DNA of 64,000 nucleotides from Cyanophora paradoxa CCMP329 (taxonomy: Eukaryota; Plantae; Glaucophyta): the NCBI GenBank assembly GCA_004431415.1, contig QPMI01000508.1, forward strand, positions 109,429 through 173,428, written 5' to 3'. The first letter of the stretch is position 1, and each line of letters opens with the position of its first letter. The notes beneath the pieces were generated by a model. That model saw only the letters and a list, made by a program, of their open reading frames with translations, ran no database searches and had not been told where the DNA came from. Made by a program: the position numbers and the translations under genes. Positions 11,636-23,971 of the stretch are shown in pieces.

Positions 11636-13700
11636 ATGGAGCTCCTCAGCCTAGCGCTCCTTGTCTCCGGCGGCTTCTCGTTTGCGGCGATTGTTGTCTC
11701 CTTCTGGAACATATACCAGCACCTGTGTTACTACACGAAGCCGCAGCGCCAGAACCGCATCATCCGAATCCTCTTCATGGTCCCCGTGCGTCCGCGCGCG
11801 CGCCCGACCCCACAAGGCGCTCACAGAACGCGTCCGAGCTGCGTCCGTCGCCTGCGTTCGCGCCGCGGCCGGCCGCGATGGGCCGCATCTGCCCTTGCGC
11901 GTACGGGCGCGTTGACGGCAACGCCGCCCGCAGATCTATGCGTTCCATTCGTGGGTCTCGCTGTTCTACCTGCCCGCTGGCAAGTACATCAGCGCGATAC
12001 GGGACTGGTGCGGCGCGGCGCGGCCGCGCGGCGGCGCCGGGCAGGAAAGTGGTCGAGCTGAGGCGGCGGGCGCAGCTATGAGGGGTTCGTCATCTACCAG
12101 TTCTTCCAGCTCCTGCTGGACTTCCTCGGCGGCGAGGAGCGGCTCGTCCCCGTCCTCGAGTCCAAGCCCCGCTTCAAGCACATCTTCCCCTTCCACCACC
12201 TGCAGCCGTTCCGCCCCGGCCGGTGCGGGCCCGGCGCGGGCGCCGGCGTGCGGGCGGCGGGGCTGACGGGGGGCGGCGCAGGGAGTTCCTGATGCGGTGC
12301 AAGCAGGGGACGCTGCAGTTCGTCTTCGTGAAGCCGTTCATGGCCGTCCTCGCGTTCTTCCTCGAGGCCCGCCCCGCCCCGCCCCGCCCCGCCCCGCCCC
12401 GCCCCGGCCGCGCGGCGGGGGGCGACGGGGCGGGGCGGGGCAGGTGTTCGAGGTGTACGACGAGGGCCACCTGCAGCTCGACCGCGGCTACCTCTACATC
12501 ACCCTCGTCGACAACGTCACCGTCACCGTGCGCCGGGCCCCGCCCCCGCCCGCGCCCGTGCGCCCGTGCGCGGGGCCGAGCGGGGGCGGGGGGGGCCAGG
12601 TGGCGGTGTACTACCTGCTGCTCTTCTACCTGGTCTGCCAGCACGAGCTCGTCCCCTACGGGCCCGTCCCCAAGTTCCTCTGCATCAAGGCCGTCGTCTT
12701 CTTCTCCTTCTGGTGCCCCCGCCCCGCCCCCGCCCCAGCCGCGAGGCGGCCCGGCGGTGACGGGGCGGGGGGCGGGGGCGCAGGCAGGGGGTGCTGATCG
12801 CGCTGCTGGTGAAGGTGGGGGTGATCAGCTCGCGGGGCCCCTTCGGGCCGTTCGACGTGCGGGACATCGCGACGGGCATCCAGAACTTCCTCATCTGCCT
12901 CGAGATGCTCGCCGCCGCCATCGCCCACCTCTCCGCCTTCTCCGCCCACGGCCCGCCCCGCCCCGCCCCGCCCCGCCCTCCTGCGACGCGGGGCGGGGGC
13001 GCGCAGAGTACCAGCCGAGCGGGACCCTCTCCGAGGACGAGGAGAGCATGCACAGCCGCGAGACGGTGCGCCCCGCCCCGCCCGCGGCGGCCCTGGCGCG
13101 GCCGACTCCGGCGGGGGCGGGGCGGGCAGATGCCGCTGCTGAAGGGGATCGGGTCGGCGCTGGCGGTGAGCGACGTGCTGGAGGAGACCTACGAGACCTT
13201 CCTCGCCCGCCAGCGCGACCCCGGTCCGCCCGCCCCGCCCCGCCCCGCCCCGCCCCGCCCCGCCCGCTCGCCGCCGACGGCGCGGGGCGGAAGACCGGCG
13301 GGAGCTGCGACACTTCGTCTCGCACCGGCCCGAGGTCCTCGCCAAGCGCCGCGAGCAGCAGGCCCGCCCCGCCCCGTCCGCCCGCCCGCCCGCCCGCCGG
13401 GCTGACGCGCGCCGCAGCGGGCGCAGCAGGCGGCGGACGCGGAGCGCCGCGCCCGCGCCGAGGCCGCCCTCCAGCACGGCGGGGGGCCCTCCCCGGCGCG
13501 ACCCCCGCCGACGCCGCCGTTGGCGCCGCCGGCGAGCCCTCGGGGGCGGCCGTCGACGAGGCGGGGGTGGGCCCTCGCTCGGCTCCCAGCTGCTCCCCAT
13601 CGCCCGCGCCCCGGCGGCCGGGGCCCCGGGCCCCCCCGCGGGGCCCGTCGCCCCTCCCGCCCCCTCGCCGGCCCCCGCACGATGAGAGCCCCGCGCCTTC
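11636..13700 (+). CDS. TMEM184 / organic solute transporter Ost-alpha family protein, spliced; 3' end approximate
   Basis: QHLCYYTKP.RQ.RIIRILFMVPIYA, RDCYEGFVIY.F, CKQGTLQFVFVKP, PVPKFLCIKAVVFFSFWQG, IQNFLICLEM motifs. Confidence 0.9.
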
Positions 13701-14648
13701 CCCGTCGCTACAGACGCTGTGCTTCCATAGCTGTACATACGCAGTTCGATCGAATTCTGGTATTCGATTTCTACAGGCTCTTGGCCTTCTAAATGCGCAT
13801 GCCGCTCAACTACGCAGCTCCATGTATTATATTGTGGCACGCCGGATCTGTGATTCGGGACTCGATGATTAATCAGCGGCTCTTGGTCGATATATCAGCG
13901 GCTCCCGGGCGCCAGGCCGCCGCGCCGGATCTTTGATTGGGGACTCAATAATTAATCAGCGGCTCTTGATTAGCGGCAGCCAGGCCGCCGCGCCGGGCTG
14001 CAGCTACGTATACGCGTATACGGGACACCGGCCCGGCGGGCAGCGCGCGCTAGCGCTAGCGCTGGGTCACGGGGCTCGGCGGGCACGTCCGGCAGGCGTC
14101 TTCGTTGGCAGGTGCGCTTTTCATTCTGAATAACGTAAGCTCAGCACAGGCCGCCGGGCTACCGCGCTGCCGACGCCTGCCGTTCGGCGCGCCGCTGGCA
14201 ACGAAAATCAGCATGCGCAGTACCCCGCGCCGGCCCTGGCCACGGAGCCGCTCGAGCTCGGCCCGCAGCGAGATTGATATTCAGAGAGCGCTCCGGCGCC
14301 TGCACATCGCGCGCACTTCACGCAACGCGCGGAGCGCTGGCCGGCGCGGTCACCGACCGGACGTAGACGCCTAAGGCTCTCCCCGAGCTCGACCGGTCAG
14401 CCCGGCCGCGGCCACGGCGCGGCCCGCCGCGCGCGCCGTGATCATCAAATTCGCTCTCGCAGGGACCGTGTGAGCGCCTTGAGCGTGACCGCACCTGTAC
14501 GCGTACGGTACGCGGTCAACTGGTACGTATACCGGCCGCGCGCGGACCAGCAAAACCCGGCGCCGGCGCCGGGTTTTCTCCGCCCGACTTTCTCCACTGA
14601 CTCTCCAGAAGTCGCGGCCGGCACAGATATAAATCTATACGGGTCGAA

Positions 14649-15518
14649 ATGGCTCGGGTTCTCATCGGCCGACTTGTGTCAACTGTGTTCGGCGGCTCGG
14701 CAGCTCATGATCAGCGCATCGAAGTCGCTCGAGCTCAGACGTCGACGTCGACGTCGACGCATGTGCAGTCGATGTCATTTCACCGCGAAACAGATTCAGC
14801 GGCGACGCCGTCCCCTTTCGACACGCTCCCCGATCACATCCTTTGCCGGATATTCGAGGGCCTCGATCTAAGGGCCGCAGCCCTCGCGCGCCGGGTCTGC
14901 CGCCGCTGGTGTGAAGCGGTCGAGACGAACAACGTACTCTGGCGCCAACTGCGCGTGCAGCTGGGCGAGCCTGCTCTACATCTCGTCCGCCGGCTCGTCA
15001 CCGACGTGCTTCGCCTCGCGGCGCAGCGCGGCATTCTCGTCGGATCGCTGTCCGAATCCGACATCAATTGTGCACGTGGTGTCTTCGAACGCAGCGTCGA
15101 GCTCTGCCGTCCATTCCTCGCAGAATCCGCAGCTGCAGCCCATGACGTGTCCGGCCTTTCTCCGGGGGTCGCGGCCGCCTTCCAAATTCTACGGCTTCAG
15201 CCCCGCGTCCGTCAAGAGACACAGAAGCTCAGGCAGAAGGCTGTGCAGTTGTTGAAGCGACCGTGGAATGAATTGCTGAACGTGTATTGCGATTCCAAGT
15301 GCAAGGCTCATTTGAATGTCAATCTTGATCAGCCGTTCTTCTCCCTCTTCCAGCTGATCGAGCTCGTGGATTTCGCGGACGCCTTCGACGCCGTCATCTC
15401 GGGCATCCTGGCCCCCGCGGCCGACGCGGGCGTGGACCCCCGCCTCAAGGATGCCGCCTTCGCCGCCGTCGCCGCCAGGTGCGGGCGTAGAAATCGTACA
15501 TGTATTAATTTAATTTAA
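14649..15518 (+). CDS. F-box domain protein (first exon(s); downstream exons degenerate, possibly a pseudogene)
   Basis: PFDTLPDHILCRIFEGLDLRAAALARRVCRRW F-box motif; C-terminal half is paralogous to ORF 30742..31326. Confidence 0.65.
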   Translation: MARVLIGRLVSTVFGGSAAHDQRIEVARAQTSTSTSTHVQSMSFHRETDSAATPSPFDTLPDHILCRIFEGLDLRAAALARRVCRRWCEAVETNNVLWRQLRVQLGEPALHLVRRLVTDVLRLAAQRGILVGSLSESDINCARGVFERSVELCRPFLAESAAAAHDVSGLSPGVAAAFQILRLQPRVRQETQKLRQKAVQLLKRPWNELLNVYCDSKCKAHLNVNLDQPFFSLFQLIELVDFADAFDAVISGILAPAADAGVDPRLKDAAFAAVAARCGRRNRTCINLI

Positions 15519-18038
15519 TTTATACTTATATGTTAGTTTACTATTGCCCTTGAAATCCACTAAGGTATTGATAAATGTTCGTATCCTGCAGCTGATACCG
15601 ATATCGACGTCGACTGAGATTTTGCTTTCCTTCGCAGGATGAGGCAGCTCCTGGTTTGCGTCAAGGTCTACAACAAAGTGTTGGTTCGTGTGCTCTTCGA
15701 ATTCGAAATTGATATCAAAAGCTCGAGGCACATGCACATACACGCACGTATACGCGTGTATTCGCATTGTATTGCTCACATCTGCACAGTCAGATGTGAA
15801 TACGTATACGCGCCTGCGCGCCGTGTGTGACGCGCATATGGCGGATCGTCTTCTCTGCGTGCGTGCACTGCCAATTTCCAATGCGTCGTGTACGTGTTCA
15901 CAGCGCAAGCACTCTCAGGAAGATCAGGTCTCTCCTCCCAAGTTCTTTCACCTGTCCGCGGCTGTTTGGGGAATTCGAGGCTCGAGCTCACAATCGCACA
16001 CCGGTACCAAAACAGTTCTGGACGGCCATGAAAAGCGGTGTGTGTGAATACATATTTAATTTCCGGATGCGGATACATGTGCATGCACATTGATCAGACG
16101 GTTTCTAATATTATTAATACTAATACTGTGCATACGCGGATACTAATACTGCGACGGTTTCCAGATCTCGAAATGACGGCATCATATCCTTCATTATTAA
16201 GTGCATGAGAGCTCGAGCTCCAGCTGATCCGAATCCACGTCAAAGGCGGCTTATGTCCCGGTATTTCATTTGCTAAGCTGCAATATACATTAATTTCATC
16301 TATAATTTATCATAATTACAACTTAACATGCCCTTCATTTGCATGTCCTCATATTCAATGCAGACGCACGCGCACATTTGCAAGTTGTTCCTTGGTTACT
16401 TTGTTTATGCTGTGTGCTGGAGCGAAGGGGCTCTCCATTGCATCCGACTGGAGGAGCAAGTCCGTGCCCAACTTCGGCCGCTCAGACTTCGCTTTCGTGA
16501 CGTGGATGCTACATGCATATGCGGAGGTGCGGCGATATTGTTACGGCAGGGGTGATTCCCTAGCCAAATCCGGCGCCGAGCTAGTCTGAGACGTTCCGGC
16601 TACGTAGCCTATTGGATAGGATGCTCGCCTTTCGTGACAATATCGACCCCAGCTGAATTCCTTCGAATTCCTATATCCGTCCGCGTCATAAAGTTGTTCG
16701 CCGCAGGTCCGGGGTCTGCCGGCGCCCTTGGATTCGGAGCGGCGGTGGGCGGCGGCCCTTCTGATCGCTTCAATGGACGTGGCCGATGGGCGCGTCGTTG
16801 GAGCTCTCCTGCAGCTGAGGCTTTGAGTTCGAAAAGGAAAATTCTAGATCAAATATATATATATCAACTAACTATAGCCGGCGAACTCGGAGCGGCGGTG
16901 GGCGGCGGCCCTCCTCATCGCTGCGATGGACGTCGACGAGGGGCGCCTCGTCGGAGCCCTCCTGAGGCTCTGAATTCGATACGGAAAAGTCGCCATGAAC
17001 TTATCTCAACTGCGCGCTAGCTGGTTTCTCAACTGTTTTTGGCAAGTTCATGGCCTACCTACAGCTAGACGGCCGCGGTGTACTCCTCTCGCATATCGTT
17101 CACACTTGCAGCAACTTTTGATACAGGAAATATGAATTCTAGATCTGCGAATGCGTGTAAAATTGTACATACATATCATAGTATACCCCTCGCTCGTGCG
17201 TATCGATATCTGTTAGACGCTTTTACCAGTTGGAGGTGCAGCGACTGGCCGGTACGGAATAAGGCAAATCGCGTACCTCCGCTCGCGATCGTCGCCTTCG
17301 TGCCCCCGGCCCCTAGCCTAGTAGCTCACGTACGCCTGCGCTAGCGCTCCGCGCCCGCGCGTCTATTAATATTTGCATGGCGCCGGCCAGGCCTAGCAGA
17401 CGATACTGTTCCTTTAATTTCTTCTTTTGCCGACTTGCCCTTCAGCTTCTGGAAAGAGTGCTTGGAGAGAATTCGAAGTCGAGCCTTCGATTCTTCGATT
17501 CCGCTCCGCGATATTCCTGCGCACGTGTGGCCTAGTGTCGAGGGCTGTCCCTGGAGACGTCTCCAGGCGACGGATCTCCCTCCCGCTGAAAAAATTCGTA
17601 AGCATCTGGGAATCCCACTCGAGCCCGATCTGACTCGATTCTGGCGAACGAACAATGCTGCTCTAGATCTTGATGAACAATGCGGAAGAATAAAGCGCAT
17701 GCTGCTCCGAGGCTCTAGATCTCGTCCTTATCTCGCTCCGTCTAGATCTCCCACTTGACGGACTTGGTTCGCCTCCTATTTGGATCCGGGAGCAAGCTTT
17801 AAATTTCTCGGAGTGTTCTCAGCGCCACGGCGTGTGTACATATGCATGTCATCCTCGGAGACTTCGGGGGTACGGAAAATTTGCGGTAGCGCGACGATTA
17901 CGGCAGCGCGGCGGGCCAGGCTTCCCACCCGTGGGTGCCTGATAACGCTGCGTGTCAAGCTGCTCGGAAAGTCGCGCGCCGAGCCCACCCGACCCCGGTA
18001 GTCCGAAAGCGCTAGATAGGCCAGCTCGGAGTCGACGG

Positions 18039-21000
18039 ATGGCCGAAAACAGCGCACCACCCTCCAGTAAGGCCGCTGAGACGAGCGGCCCGCCCCCGGA
18101 TCGCCCGGGAGCGCCCCCGACCATCACGGTCGCGTTTTTGAATGTCGAGAGCCTGACCGGCGTCCCTCGCCGCGTCTGGCTCACCAGATGGCTTAAAAAG
18201 AGGCATATAGACGTTCTAGGCCTCGTGGACCACCGCCTCAACCCTAAAGAGATCGCCGCCTTCGCACGCCGCATAGGCCCGCACTGGTCCGCTCACATCC
18301 CCCCGGCAGCTAACCCGCGGCCGGACACATGGAGCAGAGGCACAGGCTTCATCGTGCGCAATCAGATCCTTGGCCTCCCCGGTGCTCAAGCCACGCTCGT
18401 CCCCCTTGCGCCCCGCGCGGGCGTGCCTGCGCACGATGTTACTGTCCTTCGCCTCAGCAGCGATGCACATACGTACTTCATCACGTGCGTGTATGCCGCC
18501 AACGACGCCGGGGCGCAGCGCCGCCTCGCCGCAGGTCTCCAGGCCTCGCTCGTGGAGCCCACGATCCCGCAAGGCGCATCGCTGATCCTCGGCGGCGACT
18601 TCAATGCCTACGCTCAGCCGCTCCTCGAGAGCCGCCGCCGCGCCGCCGGAGCGCCACCCCCGCCTTTCGCTCACTGGGCAGAGATGCTCGCAGACCTCGG
18701 CCTGCAAGATGAACACCGCCGCCGCCGCCCAGACGAACGCATCTATACACGCTGGCACAACAAGACAGGCCGCTCGAGCACCAACGCCGCCCGCCTCGAC
18801 CATGTCTTCCTCTCGGCTGACCTCTGCGCCGCGACAGAGAAAGTGGGAGTCCTCCGCACCGCCGGCCCCGCACCGAGGCCCGACCACGACGCCGTCTACA
18901 CGCGCCTCTTCACGGGAGCCAGACCCGTGACCAAATCATCCCGCTTCCGCCTGCAAGACCGCGTCCTCGCTCGCCCGGATTTCGACAAGCGCGTCCGCGC
19001 GCTCATCGCTGACTCAATCGCGACGCAGCCCCCGAAACGGACACACGAGTGGCAACGCTGGCTCGACAAGCTCATCACCGATATCCGGTCCATCGCCCAC
19101 TCCCTCCGCCCGCGCGTTAACTCGGAACTCCGGGAGGCGCGCGAAGCCGTCGCAGACATGTGGGCGGGCGCCGAGCAGGCGCTGCAGGAGGCCGGCCGCG
19201 ACACCGAGGCCGAGGACGGCGCAGTCCCCTCGAGGAGGCCAAGCTCGACGCGGCCGAGGCCGCTTTTCACTCCCGTAAGAATCTAGAGCGCGCGCTCTCC
19301 GGAGCAGTCACTATCCCCCCCGACCTCGCCCGCCACATGCGCTACGCCGGCGCTGACCACGAGATGCGCTCGATGCAGCCGTACCCCCCGGCGCCAGGAG
19401 CCCCGCCCGCCTCCGATCACGCGACGATGACGGCGTTCGTCAAGGCGTACTACACCGAGCTCCTCACCGCCCAGCGCCCCCTGCCCCCGACCTCCCCCCC
19501 CCCCCCCCCATACCCCCGACCCGCCGCCGCACCAGTACCCCCCCCCACCGTCCCCGGACGCGGCGAAGCCCGCCCGTCCTCTCCACCTCCCCCGGGGCCA
19601 GTGCAGAAACGTGCACGCTCGGATCCCTCCCGTCCGCTGCCCGAGCCAGACGAGGCTCGCCCGGACCCGGCCCCCGAGCCGAACCCCGACCCCGATCCCG
19701 GTGCCCCGGCGCCCGATGCCACCCCAGAGGCTGAAGCGGCGTACCCAGCTGTCGTTAGACGGCTGCGGGAAGCTGCGCTCCTTACCCCCCTCGATCCGCT
19801 GTCTCATGAAGAAGCCGCCCTGCTCGCCCCCTGTCTCGACACGGCGCCTGCCCCCCTCTGCGCCCCAACTCAGGGCGAATACACTGCTAAGGAAGTCGGG
19901 GAGAGCCTCCAGGAAATGAATAAGTCCACCGCACCGGGCGAGGACGGCATGACCGTCCGGTTCTACCTGAAGTTCTGGGACGTCATCGGCCCCATCATAG
20001 CAGAAAGCTATAACTGCGCGCGCGCGCTCGAGCTCGGCACGCTCTCAGAACGCCAGCGCATGGGACTCATCCAGCTGCTCTATAAAAAGGGTGACCGCGA
20101 CCGGATCCAGAACTGGCGCCCCATCACGCTACTGCAAATTGATCGCCGCCTCTACGGGGCGGTCTTGGCGAAGCGGATCGCCCCCGCGTGCCAGCACACG
20201 ATCAGCTCGGTCCAAACGGGCTTTATGCCCGATCGAAACGGCGCGGATAACGTATGGCAGATGCAATCCGTCATCCGCTACGCCGCCCGCGAGCTCGAGG
20301 GCAAACAGATCGTCGTCCTGAACACGGACTTTGAGATCGAAAGCGTACGACCGCGTCGAGCACATCTACGCGCTACGCGTTCTCGCGATTCAAGGCTTCC
20401 CCGCGGAATTCCTCCAGGACGTTCGCGCTGCGATCAAAGGCGCGCGATCAAAAGTGATATCGATGCTCAACGGCGTCGTCGACCCCGATCCCATCAAAAT
20501 CACGCGGAGCGCGATGCAGGGCGACCCGTTCGCGTGCATGTTCTTCAACACGCAGCAAGAGCCGACGACGCGCGCGATACTAGCAGACCCCGAGATAACC
20601 GGCGTACCAGCGCCCGGGAATCCCGGGGTCGAATCCAAACTGAACCAATACGCCGACGACGCGGCGCACACGATCCTGATCGACCCGCAGTCGCCGGCTT
20701 CTCCGCCTTGGCCGATCCTGCCGAGGCACTTCCGTACTGGTTTGCCGGGGTCAGGCTCAGTGAAGCACAACGGCTCGTGCCTCAGCCTCAGCAAAACGGA
20801 AGGTATGCTCGCTGGCGCCGCCGCGATCCGCCCGCCGCAGACGCTGCCAGCCTGGGCAGCACAGATCCCGATCCGCTGGGTCTCGCAGACAACGACGCTC
20901 GGAATCCCGCTCGGCTCGACAGGCGACTTTGACCCGACCGAGTTCTGGCTCGGCAAGGGCGAGAGCATGCGCAAGGCGCGCACGCAATGGAACCTCCGAG

Positions 21001-23063
21001 GCATGCGCGCGCACCAGCGAGCGTACGTAGCCACCGCGATCCTCGCGTCCAAGCTAATGTACGCGGCCTCATTCCTCCCGTGCCCTCCGGATCCGGCAGC
21101 GCTCGACGCCCTCAAGCACGAGTACTGGTGCGCGATCTGGCCCCGGGCCCCCGAGGCGCCAGCTACGAAACGAGCCCCGAGAGGCAGGATCAGCCGCGCA
21201 ATGGCAGCGCGCCCACCCGCCCATGGCGGCCTCGGGGCCATCGATATCGACCTCGAATCCCGCCTCCTCGCGCAGGCCGGCACGTACGTTAAGGCGCTCT
21301 GCGACCCGACGTTCGCAGTCTGGAAGCTGTTCGCGGCCGACGACATCGGCACGCTCTTCTCGCGCGCCCGGAGCTCCGTCGCCCGCTCCCTTGGCATCGC
21401 CGCCCTTGGTGCACAACTCCCGCTAGCCCGCCAACCTGCGCTCCTCCCCTGCCAAGGCCCGCTCGCCCCGGCCGCACGCATCCTAGGCCTCCTCCGCCCG
21501 CGCGCGGCCGCGACGCAGCCAGCCAGCTGCCCCGCCGTCCGATCGCTCGAGTCGCTCCCGCTCACGCGTGAACGCTTCAGGGCAGAGCCCCTTTGGTTCA
21601 ACCCGGTGCTCTCCCCGACCGGCCCGCTCTGGGGCACCACGGCCGCCGACCGCACGCTCGCCGCCGGCTCCGCTACGTCACCAAAAATTACCCAAGCCGG
21701 CCAGGTCCTCACTGTACCCCCCCCGGGCCTGTCCCCCGCCGTCCGCCGACGGCTCCAAGTGATCCGAACGCAGCTTTCGATGCAAGTCTCCGCCCTCGGT
21801 CTCGCCCCCCTGTACCGCGGCCCCGCGGCGGTCCGCTCCGGCCCTGGCGGCGACCCCCGCGTCCTCGACCCCCCGATCACGGCGGGCCACAGCCCCCGCC
21901 GCCCCGGCCCGACCGCGGTCATCCTGGCGCTCCCCGGCCCCCCGCCCACCGGCTGCCACGTCGGCGCCCTCCCGGACGGCACGCTAGCCGAGCCGCCGTC
22001 ACCCTCGCAACCCCTCCCTGCCGCCCCCGCCTCACTCCCACGGGCACACGTCATCCTCGTACCCCCCGGCTCAGCTAAACAGAAGCAGCGCTGGCCCGCG
22101 GGCCGCCCAGTCCTCGCCGGACGCCTCGACGCCACGCCCTGGGTCCACACGGGCCTTCTCTTCGCCTCCCCTAAGGGCCGCCGCCCCTGGCTCGAGTACC
22201 GCATCTCCACGGGCTACCGCGCGCTCCTCGCCCTTCCCCCCACCCCCGACCCGGGCCCCCTCGCCCGCTTTGGAGACCCGCCCCCACGATGCGCATGGCA
22301 GACAGTGTGGAAACACGGCTGCCGCCATGCCAGCCTCACGGCTTGGAACCGCGAAGTGTGGCTGTGGGCTACGCACGCATGCCTGCCGACAGGCCAGTTC
22401 CTCCACCGCATAGGAGCCCGCCCCAGCCCCTTCTGCGAAGTCTGCGAGTGTATTGACATCCCGGAGGACACGTCGGATCACGCAATATACTACTGCGCGC
22501 CCGCCCGGGCCGCCTGGGGCGAGCTGCTCGAGCGCTGGAACGCCCACTTCCGCGCCGCCGTCCCCCTTAGTTGCGCGCACGCTATTACTGGCTTCTACGC
22601 AGTGCCCGACAACCTCCGCCGATCCCAGGGTCGCCGCACCCCACGCCCCCCACAGGCCCTGCTCCCGGCCCTCGCCGGCCTCATGATCAGCGCGGCGTGG
22701 CGAGTCCACCAAGCCACGCCCGAAGAGCGAGAGCAGGCGGGCAAACCCCATGCCCAGCTCATCTGGGAGGCGTTCGCCCGTGACGTCTGGGCCCGGGCCC
22801 TCGTCGCCATCACCAAGGCGGAGTACGTCGCCCGTGGCCTGTCCCCCGCCGACGCCCAGCCCGCCCTCGACCCCAGCGCCATCACCTGGGCCTGGGAGCC
22901 CGACGACGACCCCCCGGCCCCCCCGAGCCCCATGGACCCGCTCATCTGGACAGCCGCCGGCTTCGTTGCTACACTCGAGCGAACAGAAACCGAGACCGTC
23001 CCCTCCCGCGGCCCCCTCCTCGAGCCGCCGCCCGACTTCGACTCCCCCGACGTCCCGTGGTGA
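18039..23063 (+). CDS. LINE ORF2: AP endonuclease, reverse transcriptase, zf-RVT-like Cys/His domain (frameshifts at about 19228 and 20333)
   Basis: APE motifs FLNVESL, GGDFN, RLDHVF, PDHDAV. RT motifs APGEDG, NWRPITLL, DFE(K)AYDRV, QGDP, QYADD. C-terminal CEVC...EDTSDHAIYYC. Confidence 0.9.
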
Positions 23064-23076
23064 CCGCCCGGCCGGC

Positions 23077-23971
23077 CTACAGCCACGGCACCCGCAGGCC
23101 CGCCGGCAGCGGGGCGGAGACCACCTCCAGGCGATCCCCCGCCTGCGAGAGAAGTGAGCAAGCTAGCGCCAACCGGCCCCCGCGGCCCCTCCGCACCATA
23201 AAATCCATGGCCTCGTCGATGCTGTTGAACCTCCGGTAGTCACCCCCGCCCACCCCGGGCACCCTCCATATCTGGGCCTGCGCCTTCGGCAGCTCCGGAT
23301 GGTTGCGGGAGTTCCTGCAGCCCCACCGCCACATTGGTAAACAAGCACGCCGCGACGCAATCCCCCTGCACCACGCCCAGAGGCGCTGCGCACCAGACAG
23401 GATAAATCCCCGGCCGCCGCCCCTTGCGCACGGCAATGAAGCCCAGCGTACCCTTCGCCGATACCTGCTTGCAGCCTGCGTAGGGCACATGCACGGGGTA
23501 GCCGCCCAGCCGCCCGTCCGCGTACAGCGCCACCGCCTCCCGCAGCCCGGTCAACGTCTCAATCCACGCCGGCAACGTGCCCATCGGGCTCAAGGCCGAC
23601 GCCGCAGGCGCAACAGCAGTCTCCGCCGCCAAGGCGACGGGCGCCCCAACCGCACCGGCGGGCGCCCCGAGGGCGCTCGCTAAGATAGCGACGGCAACAG
23701 GGTCCGCCTCGTGCTCGCCCGACTCGGTCCCGCCGACGGCGCCGGCTGGCGACACGAGATCGGGCACATCGTCCAGACGCTTCGCCGCAGGCTCATCCCC
23801 AGACGCCTCCTCCGACTCCCGAGCCCGCTTCTCGCCAACCGCGACGCGCGTAGCGTCGACCGCCGCCTCCGCCTTCCGTTCCTCGCCTTCCACGGCCATC
23901 CCTCCCAGTACCCCCTCCACAATCATATCACCCTTACGCCCCCCAAGGGGCTTAGGGGACATAGGGGGCAT
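23077..23971 (-). CDS. Antisense spliced gene with RNase H1 N-terminal hybrid-binding (Cauli_VI/viroplasmin-like) domain; start uncertain
   Basis: Removing GT-AG introns 23315-23393 and 23143-23196 gives GFIAVRKGRRPGIYPVW-NSRNHPELPKAQAQIWRVPGVGGGDYRRFNSIDEAMDFM, matching the FYAV..GR.PGIY..W.....QV.G..G..YK.F....EA..F pattern. Confidence 0.65.

Noticed and set aside
1-14600. Dozens of long Pro/Arg/Gly/Ala-rich ORFs on both strands
   Set aside because: Artefacts of very high GC and read-through of GC-rich introns; the real genes are spliced
20390-22210. 606-aa antisense ORF within the LINE
   Set aside because: Shadow frame of the GC-rich RT ORF with no recognisable motifs
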